From Gloeobacterales cyanobacterium (GTDB lineage Bacteria > Cyanobacteriota > Cyanobacteriia > Gloeobacterales > PMM-0068), in contig JBBRSB010000051.1 in the NCBI GenBank assembly GCA_038245785.1, forward strand, positions 1 to 13,742: a stretch of DNA of 13,742 nt, given 5' to 3'. The translations under genes and the position numbers were made by a program. Shown here one piece after another: positions 7,367-13,742 of the stretch. A model generated the notes under the pieces. It searched no databases. It was not told the DNA's origin and was given only the letters and a program-made list of their open reading frames with translations. Each line of letters starts with the position of its first letter. The stretch's first letter is position 1.

Positions 7367-8176
7367 ATGCGTTCGCCCGATACCAATCTCTACTTCCCGA
7401 TGCTCTATCCCATGGGCTATTGGAATGCCAGCAGCTATGGCCTGACGGTGCAAGACGTTTTTCTAACCGCAGCCGATGGCACCAAACTGCATGGCTGGTG
7501 GGTTCCGGGCCAAGAAGACGCCCCAACAATGCTCTTTTTTCACGCCAATGCCGGAAATATTACCCATCGCATTGATAATTTGCTGCGTTGGCAAAAACGC
7601 GGACTGAATACCTTCATCCTGGACTATCGGGGCTATGGTCGCAGTGAAGGCACCCCCCACGAAGCAGGACTCTATCAGGATGCTGACGCTGCCTATGCCT
7701 ATGTCTGTGAAACCCGTGGCATTGCACCACAGCAAGTAGTCCTTTTTGGTCGTTCTCTGGGAGGTGCAATTGCCCTCTATGTCGCCTCGATACGGCCTGT
7801 CGCTGGAATTATCGTTGAGTCCACCTTTACTTCCCTGCAAGACTTGTCCGCACTCTTTTTCCCAGGGATGGATGCCAGTCTCTTTCAGGGGCAATACGAA
7901 TCTCTATCGCGTACGAAAAACCTGACGATGCCCTTACTCGTAGTGCATGGCACTCGAGATGATCTAGTCCCTGTAGACCAAGGAAAACGCCTCTTTGAAG
8001 CTCATCCTGGACGGATAGGCAAACAGAAACAGCTCTATCTCATTGAGGACGCGGGTCACAACGATACCTATTACGTGGGCGGTGAAAAATACTTTGAGAT
8101 CTTAGAACGGTTTGTCCGTCAGGTTTGCTCTAACCAGTGGAAGCTAGTAACCATAGACCCTTCAGAATCAACCTAG
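7367..8176 (+). CDS. Alpha/beta hydrolase (Bem46/ABHD13/ABHD17-like serine hydrolase)
   Basis: DG.KLHGWW, FFHANAGN, DYRGYG.SEG.P.E.GLY.DA, nucleophile GRSLGG, HGTRD (acid) and AGHND (His). Confidence 0.93.
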   Translation: MRSPDTNLYFPMLYPMGYWNASSYGLTVQDVFLTAADGTKLHGWWVPGQEDAPTMLFFHANAGNITHRIDNLLRWQKRGLNTFILDYRGYGRSEGTPHEAGLYQDADAAYAYVCETRGIAPQQVVLFGRSLGGAIALYVASIRPVAGIIVESTFTSLQDLSALFFPGMDASLFQGQYESLSRTKNLTMPLLVVHGTRDDLVPVDQGKRLFEAHPGRIGKQKQLYLIEDAGHNDTYYVGGEKYFEILERFVRQVCSNQWKLVTIDPSEST

Positions 8177-8236
8177 GCCTATAGAGCTGGATCTATTATT
8201 ATTGAAGATACTGGTCAAGCTATACGGGGTCTGTAC

Positions 8237-8998
8237 GTGTCTTCTGTTTTGGATTCTGCTGCACATGTTTTCAATGGCATGTTTTCCTATCAGTTCTCCG
8301 TACTTGATGTACCGATTATTCTTACCCTAGTTCTTTTAGAAGGGGTGCTGAGCTTCGACAATGCAGCGGTTCTTGCGGTGATGAGCCGTAAACTTCCCCC
8401 AGAAGAGCGCAAAAAAGCGCTTACCTATGGTTTGGCTGGTGCTTACATAATGCGTTTTCTAGCCATTGTCTTCGCTGCCGTATTGATTGCTGTTCCGGTG
8501 ACCCGCCTTATAGGTGGTTTTTATCTTCTCTATCTTTGTATTAAACACTTTTGGGATCTTAGAAGTGGAGGGCATCAGGAGGAAGAAGATGTGAATACCT
8601 CAGGAATTTTTTCTAAAATTAGCTTCTTTAAAATCAGCCCTTTCTGGAAAACGGTTATTGCGATTGAGCTAGCCGACCTTGCTTTTGCCATAGACCAAGT
8701 GCTAGTTTCGGTAGCCTATACAGAGAAATATTTACTAATAGTCTTGTCCTCTTTCGCCGCTATCCTTTTGCTCCGCATCTCTGCCATGGTGCTAACTAAG
8801 ATTATTGATTGGTTCCCAAGCATTGAACAAATTGCCTATGCCGTTGTTGGTTTTGTCGGCTTCAAGTTAGTAATAAGCTACTGGGAGATTGAAATTCCTA
8901 AGCAAGTTTCAATCCCGCTTACCTTGGCTGCCTTCTTGATTCCGATTACAGTTAAATTAGTGCGGGACCACTTTGCTCGAGTTCGCATCTCACCCTAG
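8237..8998 (+). CDS. TerC family membrane protein (YkoY/YceF-like, putative Mn2+/metal export)
   Basis: Multi-TM protein with LEGVLSFDNAAVLA, KKALTYG..GAY..R and FWKTV..IELADLAFAID. The start is uncertain (GTG 8237 or ATG 8279). Confidence 0.9.
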   Translation: MSSVLDSAAHVFNGMFSYQFSVLDVPIILTLVLLEGVLSFDNAAVLAVMSRKLPPEERKKALTYGLAGAYIMRFLAIVFAAVLIAVPVTRLIGGFYLLYLCIKHFWDLRSGGHQEEEDVNTSGIFSKISFFKISPFWKTVIAIELADLAFAIDQVLVSVAYTEKYLLIVLSSFAAILLLRISAMVLTKIIDWFPSIEQIAYAVVGFVGFKLVISYWEIEIPKQVSIPLTLAAFLIPITVKLVRDHFARVRISP

Positions 8999-9003
8999 GA
9001 ACT

Positions 9004-9777
9004 ATGGAACGCCTTACCGTCCATTCCATCCCTGTTTTGAAAGATAACTATATCTTTCTGCTTGTGGACCATCAGGAAAAGAAAGCGGTAGTTGTGGACC
9101 CTGCCCAAGCCCAACCTGTCCTGGAAGAGCTTGAGAGACTTGGCGTAGAACTGACCGCTATTTGGAATACTCACCACTGCTGGGACCATGTGGGCGGCAA
9201 TCAAACCCTTAAAGAGCGCTATCCGATGCTCAAAATCTATGCTTCTCAGGTTGATGGAGAACGCAAAAGAATTCCAGGACAGACCGAACAAGTGAAGCAA
9301 GGGGATGTTTTTTCTTTCGCTGGTGAAGAAGTCCGAGTCCTTTTCGTTCCAGGACACACCTTAGGCCACATAGCCTATTGGCTCCCGAAAAGTGGGCATT
9401 TATTTTCTGGTGACACTCTTTTTGGAGCGGGTTGTGGCAGGCTTCACGAAGGAACCCCAGCCCAGATGCAAGTCTCATTAGCGCAGCTCAGAGCGCTTCC
9501 CGATGAAACTCTAGTGTGGGGCGCCCATGAATATACCCTTAGCAATCTGCACTTTGCACTGACCGTGGACCCCGATAACCTAGACCTCCAACAACGTTTG
9601 CACGCTACAGAAGTTCTACGTGCGCAAGGAAAGCCTACGATTCCTCTGCGGTTAGCAGAAGAGAAAGAAACTAATCCATTCCTCCGCTACGACCAGCCAG
9701 CCCTGCTAAAAAGTACGGGGGAGCGTGACCCTGTGAAAGTCTTTGCCAAGGTCCGCAGCTTAAAAGATCGATGGTGA
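9004..9777 (+). CDS. gloB: Hydroxyacylglutathione hydrolase (glyoxalase II), metallo-beta-lactamase fold
   Basis: Motifs L.DNYIFL, VVDPA, NTHHCWDHVGG, PGHTLGHI, FSGDTLF.AGCGRL, HEYT.SN and EKETNPFLR. It starts 5 nt after the terC stop, with an AGGA SD. Confidence 0.93.
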   Translation: MERLTVHSIPVLKDNYIFLLVDHQEKKAVVVDPAQAQPVLEELERLGVELTAIWNTHHCWDHVGGNQTLKERYPMLKIYASQVDGERKRIPGQTEQVKQGDVFSFAGEEVRVLFVPGHTLGHIAYWLPKSGHLFSGDTLFGAGCGRLHEGTPAQMQVSLAQLRALPDETLVWGAHEYTLSNLHFALTVDPDNLDLQQRLHATEVLRAQGKPTIPLRLAEEKETNPFLRYDQPALLKSTGERDPVKVFAKVRSLKDRW

Positions 9778-9783
9778 TGCTAT

Positions 9784-9818
9784 AAAAAACCCCAGGAGGA
9801 CAAAAGTCCTCCTGGGGT
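9784..9818 (-). terminator. Strong intrinsic terminator of petE, which may also stop convergent gloB transcription
   Basis: Perfect 13-bp stem ACCCCAGGAGGAC (9789-9801), AAAA loop, GTCCTCCTGGGGT (9806-9818). The A6 run at 9784-9789 gives a U-tail on the minus strand. Confidence 0.9.
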
Positions 9819-9839
9819 AAATAAGCTTTAGCTTAGTTC

Positions 9840-10196
9840 TTACTTAACAGTGATTTCGCCAACCATACCAGCTGCCTTGTGAGGGGTGCAGTGATACTTA
9901 TAGGTCCCAGCTTTATCAAACTTGGTAACGAAGGTAGGGTCAGTCTTAACGACTAACTTCTCGTGAGAATAAGCTTTATTGGCCGCGTCATCAAAGGCAA
10001 CGTTGTGGGGACCAGCTTTCACGAAGACCCACTTAACCGTATCTCCCTTAGCGATGGATAGGGTCTTAGGTGCAAATACCAACTGACCGGCATTGCCGCC
10101 CATGTTTACGAACCATTCTTTAGCAAAAACTTGGTCAGCAGGCAAAACGGTAGCCGCACCTACTAAGAGTGCAGCAGCTAGAGCGAAACGAGACAT
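9840..10196 (-). CDS. petE: Plastocyanin precursor (type I blue copper protein)
   Basis: Sec signal peptide ending VFA, V.MG...G.LVF.P..L.I..GDTV.W, GPHNV.F, and C-x2-H-x4-M (CTPHKAAGM), so all four Cu ligands are present. The start is placed at the second Met (10196), which has GGAG 6 nt upstream; the track start at 10208 is the alternative. Confidence 0.92.
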   Translation of the reverse strand: MSRFALAAALLVGAATVLPADQVFAKEWFVNMGGNAGQLVFAPKTLSIAKGDTVKWVFVKAGPHNVAFDDAANKAYSHEKLVVKTDPTFVTKFDKAGTYKYHCTPHKAAGMVGEITVK

Positions 10197-10208
10197 TGTC
10201 TTCTCCAT

Positions 10209-10228
10209 TTATTGAACTTATTGAACTT
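10209..10228. repeat. 9-bp tandem direct repeat in the petE leader
   Basis: TTATTGAAC at 10209-10217 and 10218-10226, followed by TT. Confidence 0.85.
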
Positions 10229-10242
10229 TTGCGTCAAAGAGG

Positions 10243-10271
10243 ATTATGCCACCAAGTAGAGGCTTTGAAAA
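10243..10271 (-). promoter_or_regulatory. Candidate petE promoter (extended -10)
   Basis: Minus strand TTTTCA (10271-10266), 17-nt spacer, CATAAT (10248-10243) preceded by TGn. Confidence 0.55.
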
Positions 10272-10523
10272 CCTGGCGCTCCAAATTGACAGTTCATACT
10301 AAGCCAAATTCAGCCTAGAATGCCTTTGCTATAAGGAGAACGCTCTAGTCAACAGTCGGTTTCCACTCGTCGCACCGAGGCTCACCAACTTTAGCCACCT
10401 GTGATTCCCATGACCAGAAAGGCCACAGGCTTTTGGATAACCCCACCGTCAATCTTATTACCAATCTCCCCTTGAGGTGTATGCTACAGAGCGCAATATC
10501 TTTGCCCTCAAAGCGCAGAGGGA

Positions 10524-11441
10524 TCAGGCTAGCTTTTTCAGGCTTTCTACTTCGATAAAGAGACGTTTCACACTGGGGACTGCTTTTTGGATTCGTTCTT
10601 CTATGCGGTCTATGACTTCTTCTAGCTGTTGGGTCGTCAGCCCCTGTTGAAAATTAATGGCTACATTGACCATGATTTCGTCCGGACCGAGCTGTGGTGC
10701 CAAGAGTTCTTCTACTTTTACGACTTCCTCTATAGACTCTATGGCTGCTCGAATTTTCTTTCGGTCTTCATCCGTAGCCGCTTCTCCGATTAATAGGGAA
10801 CGACTTTCATAGGCTAGGAATATACCAATAGAAGATAGTAAAATGCCAATCAGGACAGAGGCGGCACCATCGATCCAAGGCATCTTTAACTGTGTGGAAA
10901 GAAAAACTCCAGCCAGGGCAATACCAGAACCAATGATCGCGGCACCATCTTCAAAAAGCACAGTAGGAACGACTGGATTTTTTCCTTGAGTCACCACTTG
11001 CCAAAAATTCCGCCCTTCTCTGATTTCATTAAATTCTTTGAAAGCAACGGTCATCGAGCCTGATTCAAAGACGATGCTGGCACCTAAGACAAGGATTGCC
11101 CAAAAAGGGTCTACCGCATGGGCTTCAGTCTCTAAAAGTTTCTGTACTCCTTCATAGATAGCAAAGGCACCACCGAGGAAGAAGATAACCAAGCTAACCA
11201 AAAAGGTATAGAAGTAAGTCTCCCGTCCATAGCCTAGAGGGCGAAATTCATCAGCCTCTTTTTGACTTTTGGTTAAGCCGACTAAGAGCAAAGCTTGATT
11301 AGAAGTATCGGCAAAACTATGGAGGGCTTCTGCCATCATAGCCGTACTACCACTAGCCACCGCTGCGAATACTTTTGTAGCAGTAATCAGACCATTCGCT
11401 GCTAGCGCGGCAATAACTGTACCCTTACCCCCAGATGCCAT
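10524..11441 (-). CDS. Cation diffusion facilitator (CDF) family metal transporter with C-terminal dimerisation domain
   Basis: AALAANGLI...K, GS.AMMAEALHS.AD..NQ, P.GYGRE.YF, TVLFED.AA, DG.AS.LIG and SRSLLIGE; six TM segments and a soluble C-terminal domain. Confidence 0.93.
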   Translation of the reverse strand: MASGGKGTVIAALAANGLITATKVFAAVASGSTAMMAEALHSFADTSNQALLLVGLTKSQKEADEFRPLGYGRETYFYTFLVSLVIFFLGGAFAIYEGVQKLLETEAHAVDPFWAILVLGASIVFESGSMTVAFKEFNEIREGRNFWQVVTQGKNPVVPTVLFEDGAAIIGSGIALAGVFLSTQLKMPWIDGAASVLIGILLSSIGIFLAYESRSLLIGEAATDEDRKKIRAAIESIEEVVKVEELLAPQLGPDEIMVNVAINFQQGLTTQQLEEVIDRIEERIQKAVPSVKRLFIEVESLKKLA

Positions 11442-11477
11442 TATGTCAGGGTCCTTTTGTGTGATAGCTGCCTTATC

Positions 11478-13670
11478 TTAGGGCATTTTCAAAGATAGAG
11501 TACCCTCTGCAGGGAATACTCTTTCAAACCGATTGTTCGTACTTTGGACAATAACAAACTCCACCTTATCGCCCGAGGAGACGTGCAGGTCTGCCCAAGG
11601 GAGCGCAAGTTCCATACATCGTTCTAAAACAGCCCGTGAGCTAGTGGGCCCATCATTCCATTCGAGGAAGGGTTGAGAATGACGCAGGGCTAAACGCTGG
11701 AGGCCGAGATCGATCTCCAAGTGGTGGGTATAGAGATATTCTAAGGTTCCCCCTTGGGGCAAATGGGTCAAGGGAACGGGGCTATTGATCCGGGTGAGCC
11801 CAGGATAGAAAAAGAAAACATCTAGTTTGCTGGGAGGCGTCGAGGCAAAATCCAAGCGTAAGAATAGATTGACATGGTCTACTCCATACCAAACGCGCTG
11901 GATCCCCGTAGCCTGGTGCATCGTACCCCGTGCACCGCCCACATCCAGACGACCAGCTTTGGCCCATTCCTGGTCCGTTCCTAAACCATCAATCACGGGT
12001 TGGATATAGCCATAGCCTTCAGGGACTTTGGAGGATGTATCCTGATGATTTTCTAAATCTTCCAAAAGATACTTGGGAACCGCTTCTCCTAGTTCTTTAT
12101 AAACCGCCTGTAAATGTTCTCTAAATAGTCGGTCAAAGAGAGAATCATGGTCTGAGGAATGAGGGTCTCCAAACCACCAGAACCAGTCAGACCCTTCTGC
12201 CGCCCAAATCGCTTCCCATGCCTTGGGCGTAGCTCGGGGATGGTCTTGAATCAGCTGACGAGCCTGAGCCAACATTTCCCAAGCCCGATTCTTAATTGGG
12301 TCGCCGATCCAGGTGGAAAAATCTCCATTAATCCAAGAGCCACTGTGTAGCTTTTTGGCTTCCAGGGAGCGGTCGGGGGGATACTCCGCTAAATATTCAG
12401 CCACCGTCACCAGCTTAAGATTAGATTTTGCTGACAACTTGCTGTATAAGCTCTCCAAGAAGAGCTTCCCGTCTTGGTCATAGAACTCCCAGCAGTTCTC
12501 TCCATCCAAAGCAATCGTTACTAAATGGGGACCTGTTTTGCCTTGGTGTTTGAGCTGGCGCTGAATCGCTTCTAGCTGCTCAATCAAGTCGTTAGCGGCT
12601 TCATCAGGATGCTTATTGCTGTAGCTAAACCCAATCAAGTCGGAGAGACGGTGGTCGCGGAAAATGATCGAAATCTCACCTTTATCGGTACTAATTCGGT
12701 AGGGACGATAGAGCACATCCGGTTCCTGGAGATGACCATAACCATCTCGGTGGAAGGGGTGACGCAACGTTCTCGACAAGACTTCCTCATCTGCTACGAA
12801 CCACTGAAATCCCTGCTCCACGAACAGAGGTAAGACCTCTGGACTAACAGACTCTTCAGAAGGCCATACGCCTCTTGCTTCACGGCCAAAATGCTCCCGA
12901 TAGATGGACCGGCCTCGCTCTAAATGGTACCGAGCATCCTCCGGCCAGTTGAAGGTATACCGAGGGAGGGGCATATCCGGACGCGCCACCATCGAAGCTT
13001 CCGAATTAATCAGCAGAGGGAGAATCGGGTGGGTATAGGGAGTGGTCATCACTTCTAGCTGACCTTTCTCTTGTAGTTCCCGATGCTTGGGAATGATTCT
13101 GGCTAAAATTTCTTGCTGTTTGGCATAGACCCGCTGACGGTCTCCCATGGTAAAGTTTCTTCCCCGCTGAATCCAGGCCCGGATATCCGCATCTTCTTGC
13201 TGAAAAATAGGATCAAACCAACAGAGGTTATGCCACATGAGCAGGTCTTCAAAATCCTGCTCACTCCAGTTGGCAATGCACCATTCGATGCCAAACTTTT
13301 CTCGTTGCTGATGAAGAGCCGTATAGCGAGCATGAGGATAGATTAAGTGCTCTCGATTCGCATCAAAAAAACGCTCTAGGACAAAGCGGCGTTCGGCAAC
13401 GCTCATCTCCTCCATCGGCCTCAGCAAAGCTTCTAACCAAGGATCAAAGGCTATCCCTTTGACATATTCCTCGATCTGCATCATCAGCGATGGAACTAAG
13501 TTGACCGTTTGCTTCAGCTTCGGAAAGCGCTCTAGCAGCAGAATTAGGTCTAGATAGTCTTTGGTGCCATGCAACCGGACCCAGGGCATCACATACTTCC
13601 CGGTCAGGGCACTTCTATAGAGCGGTTGATGTTGGTGCCAGATGAAGGCAACGTGGAGAGGCAGAGTCAT
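11478..13670 (-). CDS. Glycoside hydrolase family 57 (amylopullulanase/alpha-amylase-like) with C-terminal beta-sandwich domain
   Basis: GH57 conserved regions WHQHQP, PYTHPILPLL, GVWPSE (nucleophile Glu), ALDGENCWE (acid/base Asp) and AEGSDWFWW; C-terminal P.IDG...EW...WYG.D..NLFLRLDF. Confidence 0.95.
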   Translation of the reverse strand: MTLPLHVAFIWHQHQPLYRSALTGKYVMPWVRLHGTKDYLDLILLLERFPKLKQTVNLVPSLMMQIEEYVKGIAFDPWLEALLRPMEEMSVAERRFVLERFFDANREHLIYPHARYTALHQQREKFGIEWCIANWSEQDFEDLLMWHNLCWFDPIFQQEDADIRAWIQRGRNFTMGDRQRVYAKQQEILARIIPKHRELQEKGQLEVMTTPYTHPILPLLINSEASMVARPDMPLPRYTFNWPEDARYHLERGRSIYREHFGREARGVWPSEESVSPEVLPLFVEQGFQWFVADEEVLSRTLRHPFHRDGYGHLQEPDVLYRPYRISTDKGEISIIFRDHRLSDLIGFSYSNKHPDEAANDLIEQLEAIQRQLKHQGKTGPHLVTIALDGENCWEFYDQDGKLFLESLYSKLSAKSNLKLVTVAEYLAEYPPDRSLEAKKLHSGSWINGDFSTWIGDPIKNRAWEMLAQARQLIQDHPRATPKAWEAIWAAEGSDWFWWFGDPHSSDHDSLFDRLFREHLQAVYKELGEAVPKYLLEDLENHQDTSSKVPEGYGYIQPVIDGLGTDQEWAKAGRLDVGGARGTMHQATGIQRVWYGVDHVNLFLRLDFASTPPSKLDVFFFYPGLTRINSPVPLTHLPQGGTLEYLYTHHLEIDLGLQRLALRHSQPFLEWNDGPTSSRAVLERCMELALPWADLHVSSGDKVEFVIVQSTNNRFERVFPAEGTLSLKMP

Positions 13671-13702
13671 TAGTAAGTATCAGTACTTTCTGGCGTAGGG
13701 AT

Positions 13703-13711
13703 AGCCTACCA
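13703..13711 (-). promoter_or_regulatory. Candidate extended -10 promoter for the GH57 gene
   Basis: Minus strand TG-g-TAGGCT, about 32 nt upstream of the ATG at 13670. Confidence 0.4.
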
Positions 13712-13742
13712 CTGCTTATTGACCATGAGGGCTACGATCCCC

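Noticed and set aside
8177..8236. yybP-ykoY Mn riboswitch upstream of terC
   Set aside because: The spacer is only 60 nt and lacks the GGGGAGUA-type conserved element.
10446..10473. AAGGGGAG (minus) and CGTCAATC (plus) resembling yybP-ykoY loops upstream of petE
   Set aside because: The two elements are on opposite strands and cannot belong to one RNA.
11442..11477. NiCo riboswitch upstream of the CDF gene
   Set aside because: A 36-nt gap is too short for the aptamer.
11706..11717. 12-bp palindrome GAGATCGATCTC
   Set aside because: Single copy inside the GH57 coding sequence (codons for E-I-D-L); it is not HIP1.
13695..13709. GTA-N9-TAC here, and GTA-N6-TAC at 4174-4185 and 5320-5332 (N7), as NtcA sites
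   Set aside because: Spacing differs from the required N8.
1..13742. CRISPR array, tRNA, rRNA or transposase
   Set aside because: No regularly spaced repeats, cloverleaf signatures, rRNA-like tracts or DDE/HUH ORFs were seen.

Overview
A gene-dense bacterial chromosomal segment of roughly 50% GC, almost certainly cyanobacterial: it has plastocyanin, a cyanobacterial-type NAGK, a J-domain/TPR protein and a GH57. I saw no HIP1 octamer, which would fit an early-branching, Gloeobacterales-like lineage (inference). Gene order: 5'-truncated copper radical oxidase (+), YugP-like Zn peptidase (+), argB (-), DnaJ-TPR (-), TIGR01777 oxidoreductase (+), a ~0.85 kb accessory islet (Cys-His-Asp papain/transglutaminase-like hypothetical, then an N-terminally truncated antitoxin whose toxin is missing), larC (-), alpha/beta hydrolase-terC-gloB (+), petE (-), CDF transporter (-), GH57 (-). 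I found no rRNA, tRNA, CRISPR array or transposase. Most of the window is housekeeping and I cannot support a complete novel system. The best leads are the 5.25-6.1 kb islet, a His-to-Cys change in the GloB metal-binding motif, a 20-bp bidirectional and apparently leaderless promoter between larC and the hydrolase, and an atypical plastocyanin ligand loop. All family assignments come from motif recognition by eye; no searches were run.
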